From contig CAYHZE010000001.1 in the NCBI GenBank assembly GCA_964361015.1, positions 1 to 51,845 of the forward strand: a stretch of 51,845 bases of DNA, given 5' to 3'. Source of the DNA: an uncultured Candidatus Saccharibacteria bacterium (lineage in GTDB: Bacteria > Patescibacteriota > Minisyncoccia > Sungbacterales > HO2-52-23). A program made the translations under genes and the position numbers. Below are positions 9,552-18,785 of this stretch, piece by piece; the stretch's first letter is position 1; each line of letters opens with the position of its first letter. Under the pieces are notes generated by a model, which was not told the DNA's origin, did no database searches, and saw only the letters and a list, made by a program, of their open reading frames with translations.

Positions 9552-9782
9552 ATGGAAGGCGAGCTATTGAAAAATGAATTTGCCCGAAAATATTCGAATA
9601 TTGCGAGTTGGGTGGATGGTGGCACGATTGAGATTGGCAGAGCAGAATGGGGCCACGCCTTTATCCGCGTGTACGATGAGGGCGGCACCGTGTGGGAAGG
9701 GAAGCGGAGCTACGGGACCATAGACGAAGCGTTACAGGATGCAGAGCGGGCGATAGGGGAATGGATGAAGAAAAATTTATAA
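9552..9782 (+). CDS. Hypothetical small protein (76 aa)
   Basis: ORF only; no recognisable motif; co-oriented, 15 nt after abiEii, inside the repeat-flanked islet. Confidence 0.45.
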   Translation: MEGELLKNEFARKYSNIASWVDGGTIEIGRAEWGHAFIRVYDEGGTVWEGKRSYGTIDEALQDAERAIGEWMKKNL

Positions 9783-9929
9783 AGAAACTATGCGAGAAAA
9801 ACTAATCAGAGAATGCGAAATAATACAAGAAAACTGCACATAATCAATAGGATATAAAAGTTTTAATAACTCACCTTAAACGTCGGGCTGTCCTCCGGCC
9901 GATACGCGCAGGTATTTTTCTATGCACAA

Positions 9930-9981
9930 GTTCACCTACATCTTAGACTCCATGGCCTGGTCCAATATGTGGTGGACTCAT
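9930..9981 (+). repeat. Right (degenerate) copy of the approximately 52-bp direct repeat flanking the AbiE islet
   Basis: gttcacctacatcttagactccatggcctggtccaatatgtggtggactcat; roughly 80 percent identical to the left copy by eye, with the hairpin disrupted. Confidence 0.7.
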
Positions 9982-10126
9982 GCACTGTCTTGATCAGGCA
10001 GTCCATTTTAGTTTATGATAATTATATGAGGATAGGTCTCATGAAGCATTCTCCAGGCAGGAGTATAGACCGCTCACAGAACAAAAAGGTCGAAACATTA
10101 ATCAAGTTAACAATACATAAAAAATC

Positions 10127-10852
10127 ATGACAAAAAAATTATTCATTACCTTTCTAATGGTATCTTGGCTGGCTGTTGGATCAATGGGCGTATCAGCACA
10201 AGCCATGACCGAAGTACAGCCTGTTGTTGCTCCCGCACCCCTTCTTCCTCTCATATCTTCTACTGATACCTCGACAATTGCCGAAGTAGACCTTCAACCG
10301 GGAACAAAAAGTCCCCATGTAAGGAAAATTCAGGAAACGCTTAAAGCCATGGGATACCTTCCTGCGGATCTTGAAACCACTGAATATCTTGGACCAAAAA
10401 CAAAAGACGCAATTATGAACTTTCAAAGGGCCCAAGGCATTTCTCCTACAGGATTTTTTGGACAAGCAACACGAGCCGCTTTAAGGAAAAACTTTCGAGG
10501 AAGCGGAGAAGTGATAGATAGAAATGTTGATATTGTTTGCATGAAAACGGAAGTAGAAAAAAGAGAGAATGCGCTTTTATCAGCCTATGATACGCATGCC
10601 GGCAAACTAAAAATAGCCCGCGAAACAAGAAAAACCGATTTCTTGGCCGCATGGTCCATCCAGGACCCCAAAGCAAGGCATACAGCCCTTAAAACAGCCT
10701 GGGAAAAATATCGCCAAAGTGTAAAAACGGCCGCAAATGAATGGAACATAAGCAGAAAAACAACATGGACCCAATTTGCTCAACAAGCAAAATCCTGCAA
10801 AGCCACAGCGGCCGAGACGCAAGACTTAGAAAAAGTTGAAGTGGCGGAATAA
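10127..10852 (+). CDS. Secreted protein with a peptidoglycan-binding (PG_binding_1) domain
   Basis: Signal peptide MTKKLFITFLMVSWLAVGSMGVSAQA; HVRKIQETLKAMGYLP...GPKTKDAIMNFQRAQGISPTG matches the PGBD pattern. Confidence 0.75.
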   Translation: MTKKLFITFLMVSWLAVGSMGVSAQAMTEVQPVVAPAPLLPLISSTDTSTIAEVDLQPGTKSPHVRKIQETLKAMGYLPADLETTEYLGPKTKDAIMNFQRAQGISPTGFFGQATRAALRKNFRGSGEVIDRNVDIVCMKTEVEKRENALLSAYDTHAGKLKIARETRKTDFLAAWSIQDPKARHTALKTAWEKYRQSVKTAANEWNISRKTTWTQFAQQAKSCKATAAETQDLEKVEVAE

Positions 10853-10912
10853 TCCAGAAAGAGGATCGCAATCCAAGGAATAGAAATCACGATTTATTGT
10901 TGTGTTCCCTGT

Positions 10913-10946
10913 ATAATAAAATCCAGTGACTACTGGATTTTATTAT
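10913..10946 (+). terminator. Hairpin/terminator after the PG-binding protein gene
   Basis: ataataaaatccagt-gact-actggattttattat, a perfect 15-bp stem. Confidence 0.55.
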
Positions 10947-11081
10947 AGACTCCATGAGGTGAACGTTTCAAATTTGGTCTTGTAAAGTTTTATCATTCAA
11001 TATATAATGACTTAACGATTTGTTCCTGCTATTATTTTTTTTCAAAAACCAACCGTTTCTTAGACATTTTTTGATTATCCT

Positions 11082-11957
11082 ATGCTAAAACCAATATGGA
11101 CATATAAATTACGGAGGGCAAGATTCTCAAATTTTGTTTCTATTTTCATTTCTATTTTTAGTGTCAAAAATATCAAAAAGTTTTTCAAAAAGTTCTTCAA
11201 AATTCCTATACAAGAAAGAACAATTAAAAAACAATTTGATTTAATTTATTCTCATTTTCGTCAACGATTTAATCTTGATTATGCCTTTGATGTCAATGTT
11301 ATTTATTATTTAAATAATAAGCCTGCGATATTGAATAAGTTTGAACTTTGGAAAATTGTTATCCAAGAATTTGGTGATATTTTACGTTCCTTACAACCAA
11401 AAAGTATATTAGAAATTGGCTCTGGCACCGGTAAGAACATTCTAAGTCTCGCGGCTATGCTGGATATTGACAAATGTGTAGGTTTGGACCTTGCCGAAAA
11501 TGGCGTTCGGCTTTCCAAAGAATTGACAAACGACCCTCCTTTGGATTTTCTCGGATACTTAACGATGATTGATAAAGAAAAAATAAGAGAAAAACTTAAA
11601 AATACGCAAATTGAATTTGTACAAGGAGACATGAGAGATTTATCCATGTTCCCGGATAATAGTTTTGATGTGGTTTTTTCTTATGCCGCCATTGAATTGA
11701 TATCTCAAGATTATGACCAAGTTTTTAAAGAAGTTTATCGGGTTACTAAAAAATACGCTGTTTTTTATGAAGGTTTTAATGAATATAACAGCATGATTCA
11801 GCAAATATACAGACGAAGGAAAAATTATTTTATGGGAGATTCAACGGATGTGTCAAAAGCAGGTTTCAAACTCATCAATTTTTATATGCCTCAAGTAAGC
11901 GGAATAAAAACTAATAATAGTTTTTTAATAGCTATGAAACGGCCTGCGGATTCCTAA
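11082..11957 (+). CDS. Class I SAM-dependent methyltransferase
   Basis: ILEIGSGTGKN motif I; visibly AT-rich and K/N/I/F-rich compared with neighbouring genes. Confidence 0.7.
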   Translation: MLKPIWTYKLRRARFSNFVSIFISIFSVKNIKKFFKKFFKIPIQERTIKKQFDLIYSHFRQRFNLDYAFDVNVIYYLNNKPAILNKFELWKIVIQEFGDILRSLQPKSILEIGSGTGKNILSLAAMLDIDKCVGLDLAENGVRLSKELTNDPPLDFLGYLTMIDKEKIREKLKNTQIEFVQGDMRDLSMFPDNSFDVVFSYAAIELISQDYDQVFKEVYRVTKKYAVFYEGFNEYNSMIQQIYRRRKNYFMGDSTDVSKAGFKLINFYMPQVSGIKTNNSFLIAMKRPADS

Positions 11958-11966
11958 ACGTCATTT

Positions 11967-12920
11967 TTAACTCAACCCTCCATCCCAGACAGGTGATGAA
12001 GGCGCTCCCTTTTTTACCCGCCTGTTCTTTGATCGTACAACGCAGTTTACGATTTGGCGGGTAAGCTTGCCTACTCCTTCCTTACGAATGATTTTTCTCG
12101 CCCCATAAATAAAATTTATGGCTTTGTTTAAACCCGACCTGCGGTAGAATACATTTTTTTTCAAGCGGTATGCTCTTATAAACGCGGGCGAACAGTATTG
12201 TTTCATAAATCGTATGCGTTGTGTGATCATTTTTTGTCGCATCTTGTATGAGATGCTATCCTCGCTTATGTAATGATCGAAAAGATTTATGCGCGCAAAT
12301 TTTACTACCCCGCCATTTGCTATGCATTGGGCAAACCAGATCACATCCCATTCGATTGCATCAGGAGGGAATAAACCAACTTTTGCAAATGTGCTTCGTT
12401 TAATGACAAACCCATTGCCGCATGTGCCATAGGTAAATGCATGCTCCGCGGTACTGCCGTAGTTTATGCCCGGACCATAATAAAATGGGCGGCTGGTATT
12501 GCGTACTAAAAAATGTTTTATGCCTCCGCATACCAGCACATCAATATCAGAATTTTTTTTCATCACCCCGACAGCCGCATCTATGCCGTCGGCATGCACT
12601 CTGTCATCATCGGGCAAGAGTATGATATATTTCCCGCGTGCGAGCATGATGGCTTTATTCAATCCATGTTGAGGTGACCGATCTTGTTCCGAAAGAAAAA
12701 TATGCACTGCGTCACGATGGCGCAATACTACTTCTTGCGTAGAATCGGTGGATGCGCCATCTGCAATAATAAGCTCATCCTCGCCGCTTATAAATTTTGC
12801 TAAATCCGCAATCGTATTCTCAAGCCGAGGGCCACGATTTTTTGTGAACACAAGATAAGAAATTCGCCGCGTATGCGCGTCATCAAAATGTTTATAGTAA
12901 AGGAATGTATTATCTGACAT
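11967..12920 (-). CDS. Glycosyltransferase family 2
   Basis: ISYLVFTKNRGPRLENTIADL...IIADGASTDST...LLPDDD (GT-A fold, DxD). Confidence 0.8.
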   Translation of the reverse strand: MSDNTFLYYKHFDDAHTRRISYLVFTKNRGPRLENTIADLAKFISGEDELIIADGASTDSTQEVVLRHRDAVHIFLSEQDRSPQHGLNKAIMLARGKYIILLPDDDRVHADGIDAAVGVMKKNSDIDVLVCGGIKHFLVRNTSRPFYYGPGINYGSTAEHAFTYGTCGNGFVIKRSTFAKVGLFPPDAIEWDVIWFAQCIANGGVVKFARINLFDHYISEDSISYKMRQKMITQRIRFMKQYCSPAFIRAYRLKKNVFYRRSGLNKAINFIYGARKIIRKEGVGKLTRQIVNCVVRSKNRRVKKGAPSSPVWDGGLS

Positions 12921-12944
12921 GATTATTTATATTTCAATTTCATG

Positions 12945-13886
12945 TCATGTGCGCGGTTTCCATACAGCAAATGAATAAAAATCATGGTACAATCCGCCAC
13001 AGGGAACATGCTGTGCTTTAAGAATATCTATAGCGCCGAGATGCTCAAGTTCGCGCAGGCGCGTCATATAGCCCGATAGATAATTTCGTTTGCGACTGTG
13101 CATGAGCGTGAGATAGTCCGGTAAATTATTTTCATCATAAAACTCCACAAACGAGTCCACATGCACGAAGACAGAGGGTTTTTGCGCTAGCGCGAATTGG
13201 AGAAACGGTTCGAATTTTTCGCCTATCTGCTCGAGGGAATTCACGGCTAAAATCGCAGATCTTTCTTTTAAGGAAAACGATTTTTCGGGAAAAAACATAT
13301 CAAATATATGTCCGGTTATGTTGTATCCTTTTTTCTCGGCAAGCAGATTAATTATTTTTTTTGGTACATCAATCCAGTCTGAACCGTGAAGTTCTTTTTC
13401 CGGATACATGTGGGCGAGTTCCACAAGGTTCGCACCCGTACCGCAGCCAAATTCATAAATGGGATTATGAGTCGAAAGATAAGTGGCAAAGAGCCATTGG
13501 CGAATGATAAAGAGAAAATCTCTCTCAAAATTTTCGTTAAGCGGCATAACATAATCGCCATAGAGACGGACTGGATGTTTTTGTTTAATATACTTAGGTA
13601 TAAGAGAACGCTCGTCGTATCCGGACTCAATGAACATATTGAGATTTTCATTCCATCCTCGTATCCAGCGCTCTTTTTGATCAATGCCCGATATGCCCAA
13701 GTCGGGAGATTCAAGCCGTTTAAGGATTGTCAGCATAGCTTGATCGCGTTCATGTTGTTCCATTTCTCGATAACGAAGATCAGTCTTTTGAATCAATATA
13801 CGGATTTTCTCCGAGAGATCACTGACGGCAACGTCAAAGAATCGCGCAATATCTTTTTCTGATAGTGAGTGGATAGTGATATTCAT
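12945..13886 (-). CDS. Class I SAM-dependent methyltransferase
   Basis: IYEFGCGTGANLVELA motif I. Confidence 0.7.
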   Translation of the reverse strand: MNITIHSLSEKDIARFFDVAVSDLSEKIRILIQKTDLRYREMEQHERDQAMLTILKRLESPDLGISGIDQKERWIRGWNENLNMFIESGYDERSLIPKYIKQKHPVRLYGDYVMPLNENFERDFLFIIRQWLFATYLSTHNPIYEFGCGTGANLVELAHMYPEKELHGSDWIDVPKKIINLLAEKKGYNITGHIFDMFFPEKSFSLKERSAILAVNSLEQIGEKFEPFLQFALAQKPSVFVHVDSFVEFYDENNLPDYLTLMHSRKRNYLSGYMTRLRELEHLGAIDILKAQHVPCGGLYHDFYSFAVWKPRT

Positions 13887-13946
13887 ATCCGTATACTACA
13901 TATAAAATTAAAATATATCAAGATTTTTGTATGTAACCCCTCACGC

Positions 13947-14029
13947 TGTCATTGCAATGAGTCGCTGGTGTTGCAATCTCTATCTCGGAATGTGAGATTG
14001 CCGCGTCATTGCTGTTCCTCGCAATGACA
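13947..14029. repeat. Family D core, copy D-a (outer arms degenerate)
   Basis: tgtcattgcaatgag...gcaatctctatctcgg...gagattgc...ctcgcaatgaca is collinear with the core at 49548..49632. Confidence 0.7.
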
Positions 14030-14130
14030 TATCTTTGGCTTAATTTTAAGAGGGTGTGAGCAGTTACTTTTGTATGGGATTGCATATGATGGAGGGAAAC
14101 ATATGATTCCCTTCTTTTGTTATATTATGT

Positions 14131-14898
14131 ATGAAAACTGTTATTCTATGCGGCGGAAAAGGCACACGTATGAAAGAGGAAACCGAGTATCGTCCCAAGC
14201 CCCTTGTGGAAATTGGCGGCCGCCCGATTTTGTGGCATATCATGAAAATCTATGCGCACTACGGTTTTAACGAATTTGTGGTGGCGCTTGGCTATAAGGG
14301 CGATATGATAAAGAATTATTTTCTCAATTTTCACGCGCATGCGGGCGATTTTACGCTTCATACGAATGAAAATAGGATTGAAGCGCATCACGCGCGGGAT
14401 GATAATTTTATTATTACGTTCGTGGATACCGGACGTGAGAGTATGACAGGGGAGAGGATACGGCGCATATCGCCCCATATAAAAGACGAAAATTTTATGA
14501 TTACGTATGGCGACGGCGTGGCAGATATTGATATTGGCGCATTGGTGGATTTTCACCGCGCGCACAGGACAATTGGGACAATTACCGGCGCCATACCCCA
14601 CTCTAAATATGGCTTTTTGAAAGTTGATGCAAACCGCAATCTCGTCACTGATTTTTATGAAAAGCCGCTCCTGCAAGATAATTATGTCAACAGCGGATTT
14701 ATGGTATTTAACCGCCGTATATTTGATTACCTTGACGACGAAATGCTGGAAACAAATACCTTGCCGCGTTTAGCACAAGAGCGCGCGTTGTCCATGTATC
14801 CCCATAAAGGATTTTGGAAGGGAATGGATACCTATAAAGAAGTGGAAGATTTGAATCGTATATGGGAAGCAGAGAAGCCGTGGAGGGTGTGGAATTGA
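14131..14898 (+). CDS. rfbF: Glucose-1-phosphate cytidylyltransferase
   Basis: MKTVILCGGKGTRMKEETEYRPKPLVEIGGRPILWHIMKIY is near-canonical RfbF. Confidence 0.9.
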   Translation: MKTVILCGGKGTRMKEETEYRPKPLVEIGGRPILWHIMKIYAHYGFNEFVVALGYKGDMIKNYFLNFHAHAGDFTLHTNENRIEAHHARDDNFIITFVDTGRESMTGERIRRISPHIKDENFMITYGDGVADIDIGALVDFHRAHRTIGTITGAIPHSKYGFLKVDANRNLVTDFYEKPLLQDNYVNSGFMVFNRRIFDYLDDEMLETNTLPRLAQERALSMYPHKGFWKGMDTYKEVEDLNRIWEAEKPWRVWN

Positions 14899-14902
14899 GA
14901 TT

Positions 14903-16006
14903 ATGGAAACAAACAATTTGCAGAAATTTTTTCAAAATAAACCGGTGCTTATTACCGGGCACACGGGTTTTAAGGGCGCGTGGCTCGCGCAAGTTTTGAT
15001 AAACTGGGGTGCCCGCGTGACGGGAATCGCGCTTGAGCCCCATGTATCGCCCAATCTTTATGATATGCTCGGACTTGCGCGCCGCATGAACACTTATATT
15101 CTTGATATTCGTAATTTTTCCGAATTGCAGGCGGTTTTTGAAAAAGAAAAACCGGAAATTGTCATTCATCTTGCCGCGCAGGCGATTGTGCGCGAGAGTT
15201 ATCGCGATCCTTTGCGCACGATTGCGGTTAACACATTGGGGACAGGTCATGTACTTGAAGCAATACGCCATTGCGCGTCAGTCAAGTCCGCAGTGTTAAT
15301 CACCACTGATAAAGTATATGAGAATAAAGAATGGTGGTATAGCTATCGCGAAAATGATAGACTCGGCGGACAGGATCCTTACAGCGCAAGCAAGTCTTCG
15401 GCTGATATCATCATCGCGTCTTACACAAAATCTTTTTTTCATCCGAAAAAATTTAAAAAAGATCACCATACATTAATTGCAACGGCTCGCGCCGGAAATG
15501 TGATCGGAGGAGGAGACTGGTCCAAAGATCGGCTTGTTCCGGACTTTGTACGCGCGGTATTTGAGGATAACATGTCTTTGCGCATGCGCAATCCTCACTC
15601 AATTCGACCATGGGAATATGTGCTTGAGCCTGTCAGCGGTTATCTTCTTCTTGCTAAGAAATTATATGAAGGCGATACGCGCTGTGTTGGCGCATGGAAT
15701 TTTGGGCCGCATGATGAAAGTTTTATTACCGCTGAGGAAATGATACAAAAAGCCATTGTGATTTCAGGTCGCGGGGAATATCGCGTTGAGTCGGATGACT
15801 TTGCGCATGAATCGGCATTGCTTAAGCTTGATATTGCAAAAGCAAAAACCGTGCTTGGATGGAAGCCAATTTTAAATGTGGAGCAAAATCTGCGTTTCAC
15901 CCTTGACTGGTATAAAACATACTATGACAAAAAAGAGGATATTGTCCGCTTTACCGATTCGCAGATTGATTTATTTTTTCGGGAGTTTTCGGCTCGTGTG
16001 GCATAA
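14903..16006 (+). CDS. rfbG: CDP-glucose 4,6-dehydratase
   Basis: FQNKPVLITGHTGFKGAWL N-terminus and overall RfbG-like layout; directly follows rfbF. Confidence 0.9.
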   Translation: METNNLQKFFQNKPVLITGHTGFKGAWLAQVLINWGARVTGIALEPHVSPNLYDMLGLARRMNTYILDIRNFSELQAVFEKEKPEIVIHLAAQAIVRESYRDPLRTIAVNTLGTGHVLEAIRHCASVKSAVLITTDKVYENKEWWYSYRENDRLGGQDPYSASKSSADIIIASYTKSFFHPKKFKKDHHTLIATARAGNVIGGGDWSKDRLVPDFVRAVFEDNMSLRMRNPHSIRPWEYVLEPVSGYLLLAKKLYEGDTRCVGAWNFGPHDESFITAEEMIQKAIVISGRGEYRVESDDFAHESALLKLDIAKAKTVLGWKPILNVEQNLRFTLDWYKTYYDKKEDIVRFTDSQIDLFFREFSARVA

Positions 16007-16015
16007 AAATATATT

Positions 16016-16175
16016 AGACCTGACTTTGTAATTATTTTTGTGCTGCAATTTCCAGATTTCGGCTGCAGCGAAGTAAAAATTTTTCAACATATACGCTGTA
16101 TATGCTTCAAAATTTTTTTAGCACCCGCTCGAAATCTGAAAATTTTGCTACAAAAATAATTACAAAGTCAGGTCT
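16016..16175 (-). repeat. Family B palindromic element, copy B2
   Basis: Perfect 26-bp arms agacctgactttgtaattatttttgt / acaaaaataattacaaagtcaggtct; conserved core; TA on both flanks. Confidence 0.92.
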
Positions 16176-16180
16176 ATTTT

Positions 16181-16618
16181 ATGATTAATGGTGTTGGCAT
16201 ATATCCGCGTCAGGTGTTTTGCAACGATCAAGGCTGTGTATATACAATGATGCAAAGGAGTGATGAATGTTTTGAACGCTTTGGCGAGGTTTATTTTTCT
16301 TATATAAAGTCGGATGTGATCAAGGGATGGAATCTTCATGCGCGCGCAGATATGAATATGGCATGCATAACAGGCACTATACAATTAGTCCTCTATGACC
16401 GAAGAGCTGATCATGCAAGCGCAGGCGCAATTCAGGAGATAATAATAGGCGAGCGCGACTATCGTCTTGTGCACATTCCTCACGGTGTCGCATTCTCATG
16501 GAAAGCGCTGGACGGACAGGGAGCGCTTATCGCAAATTGCGCAACGTTGCTCCATGACCCGAAAGAACTTACCAAGATAAGCATTACAAGTAGCGAGATA
16601 CCTTATCAATGGAAATAA
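16181..16618 (+). CDS. RmlC-like cupin (NDP-4-keto-6-deoxyhexose epimerase/isomerase-like)
   Basis: 145 aa; KGWNLHARADMNMACITGTIQLVLYDRR resembles the RmlC RGLHxQ...DVxVD region; sits among sugar-nucleotide genes. Confidence 0.55.
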   Translation: MINGVGIYPRQVFCNDQGCVYTMMQRSDECFERFGEVYFSYIKSDVIKGWNLHARADMNMACITGTIQLVLYDRRADHASAGAIQEIIIGERDYRLVHIPHGVAFSWKALDGQGALIANCATLLHDPKELTKISITSSEIPYQWK

Positions 16619-17499
16619 ACACAACGCACAAACTTGTGAGTATTGGCTTACCCACCTATTGCGGGGAAAAACGCATCGCGCGCGCGCTTGATTCATTGTG
16701 CGCGCAAACATATCCTCATATTGAAATTATTGTGTCGGATAACGCTTCAGATGACGAAACACCCACTGTATGTAAAGCATACGCAGACCGTGATTCCCGC
16801 ATTCGTTTTTTTCAACAAAAAGAGAACATAGGCAGAATGGATAATTTTCTTTTCGTGCTCTCTCGGTCCCGCGGCGATTATTTTATGTGGGCGGGCGATG
16901 ATGATACATGGGATGCGCGGTTTGTAGAAATCCTTGTTGCGGGTCTTGATTCCCATCCTGAACATGGAGTTGCGCTAAGCTCTTTTCGCCGTGAACGCGG
17001 CGATAATGCTCTATCGGAAATAATATCATTTGCCGGCATACATCAGATAACGGGTCTGTCCTATCAAGAGGTGTTTAAGAAAATGGTCATGCACGAGCCG
17101 ATTCATATTTTTTTTAGCGGCGTATGGCGGAGAGATATTGTTCAAAAACTTTTCAGCAGATCCCTTCCCGCAACAATCGCATGGGATCGGATCATGATGG
17201 CGGAAGCCGCGCTCATGACACATTTCTATTCGGCTGATCCTGTGTTATTTTATAAATATGCCAATCCCATTTCAATAAAATCGCGGCACGCAAAAGATCC
17301 GGAACACAATCGCAATAGAGCGCTGTTTGCATACGATAAGTATTTGATTGCGTTGCTTGCGCGCATAATCACCTCTCCCCTTATCCCTGCGAGGCGCAAG
17401 TTACTCGTGCCGATCCATTGGCTCGGAGCAATATGGATGCGGCGCAAAAGAATTATCGGCGTAACGCTTCGTGATATGAGGCGTCTGATGGCGGGGTAA
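16609..17499 (+). CDS. Glycosyltransferase family 2
   Basis: VSIGLPTYCGEKRIARALDSLCAQTYPHIEIIVSDNASDDET. Confidence 0.8.
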   Translation: MEINTTHKLVSIGLPTYCGEKRIARALDSLCAQTYPHIEIIVSDNASDDETPTVCKAYADRDSRIRFFQQKENIGRMDNFLFVLSRSRGDYFMWAGDDDTWDARFVEILVAGLDSHPEHGVALSSFRRERGDNALSEIISFAGIHQITGLSYQEVFKKMVMHEPIHIFFSGVWRRDIVQKLFSRSLPATIAWDRIMMAEAALMTHFYSADPVLFYKYANPISIKSRHAKDPEHNRNRALFAYDKYLIALLARIITSPLIPARRKLLVPIHWLGAIWMRRKRIIGVTLRDMRRLMAG

Positions 17500-17502
17500 A
17501 TG

Positions 17503-17516
17503 ATGCGCGTAAGTCC
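17503..17516 (+). repeat. Solo family-A right terminus
   Basis: atgcgcgtaagtcc followed by tatttga, compared with atacgtaagtcc tattga at the right end of A6; no remaining element body. Confidence 0.45.
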
Positions 17517-17572
17517 TATTTGAATTTTTTGCAGGGCACTGGTAGCATATTATGGTGACGGAATAAATATAT

Positions 17573-18619
17573 ATGAAGCAAAATATTCTCATAACCGGCG
17601 GGTCTGGATTTATCGGATCCAATTTTATCCGATGGATATATGACCGCTACCCCTTGTATCGGATTTTTAATCTTGATGCGCTGACGTATGCGGGAAATCC
17701 GGAAAATTTGCTTGATGTTGAGCAGGGAGAAATAACTAGAAATACACAAGATAAACGGTATCATTTTATCAATGGTGATGTATGTGACGGCACATTGCTT
17801 AACGCCATGTTTGATACGCATCGCTTTGAATTGGTGGTTCATTTTGCCGCTGAAACTCATGTGGATCGTTCGCTGATAAACGCGGCAAATTTTATCCGTA
17901 CCAATATAGAAGGCACGCGTTCGCTCATGGAATCCGTGCATCAATATCACACCCCGCGTTTTGTGCATATCTCGACTGACGAAGTATATGGTTCCGTGGA
18001 AAACGGATTTGCGGATGAGTCAGCGCCATTGCGTCCGTCCAATCCTTACTCCACATCAAAAGCCGGAGCCGACTTACTTGTGCAGTCATACATGAAAACA
18101 TATGCAATTCCCGCTATTATTGTGCGCGGATCCAATAACTATGGGCCGTACCAATATCCGGAAAAATTGATTCCCATGTCAGTATCAAATTTAATGGAAA
18201 ATAAAAAAATTCCGTTACATGGGAAAGGGGAGCATGTGCGCAGTTGGTTGCATGTAAAGGATTTTTGCTCCGCGATTGATGTAGTGTCCCATAAAGGACA
18301 AGAGCGCACGATTTATAATGTGTCAGGAGAGCAGATGAATAATCTTGAGATTCTCGGACTTGTTGCCAATTATTTGGGTAAAGATATTGCTTTGTATAAA
18401 GAGCATGTGAATGATCGGCCGGGCGCTGATTTGCGCTATGCACCCGATTCCGCGCGCTTGCAAAAAGAACTCGGCTGGTCGCGAGCGCATTCGGTGCAAT
18501 CAAGTCTGAAAGATGTGGTGGATTGGTACGGACAAAACCAGGCATGGTGGCGGAAAATAAAAGCAACAAAAGAATTTCAAGAATACTACGACAAGCAGGC
18601 AACAGCTCAATGGTATTAA
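17573..18619 (+). CDS. rfbB: dTDP-glucose 4,6-dehydratase
   Basis: ILITGGSGFIGSNFIRWI...NLDALTYAGNPENL...STDEVYG...YSTSKAGADLL, canonical RmlB/RfbB. Confidence 0.92.
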   Translation: MKQNILITGGSGFIGSNFIRWIYDRYPLYRIFNLDALTYAGNPENLLDVEQGEITRNTQDKRYHFINGDVCDGTLLNAMFDTHRFELVVHFAAETHVDRSLINAANFIRTNIEGTRSLMESVHQYHTPRFVHISTDEVYGSVENGFADESAPLRPSNPYSTSKAGADLLVQSYMKTYAIPAIIVRGSNNYGPYQYPEKLIPMSVSNLMENKKIPLHGKGEHVRSWLHVKDFCSAIDVVSHKGQERTIYNVSGEQMNNLEILGLVANYLGKDIALYKEHVNDRPGADLRYAPDSARLQKELGWSRAHSVQSSLKDVVDWYGQNQAWWRKIKATKEFQEYYDKQATAQWY

Positions 18620-18622
18620 AGA

Positions 18623-18782
18623 GGACTTACGCATGTGATTCCTATTCCCCTCCTGATGCAGGAGGGGTTAGGGGAGGTATAGGTGAGGGATAAAACTTGC
18701 AGTATGTCATTCTTGCCCTCACTCCTTACCACCCCTAACCCCTCCTATCCTAGGAGGGGAATAAGGAGTCAAATGTGTAACG
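18623..18782 (+). repeat. Family A palindromic element, copy A2
   Basis: Same architecture as A1, but both flanking hairpins are of the cccctcct/aggagggg type. Confidence 0.9.
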
Positions 18783-18785
18783 TTT

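Noticed and set aside
14146-15271. Long antisense or alternative-frame ORFs inside well-supported genes (e.g. 14146..14676, 14708..15271, 17516..17968, 18117..18602, 32491..33090, 34031..34621, 37604..38152, 46581..47224, 47169..47681, 48600..49109, 7335..7793, 45581..46129)
   Set aside because: Each overlaps a CDS with clear family motifs, has low-complexity or biased composition and no recognisable motif. They are typical shadow ORFs.
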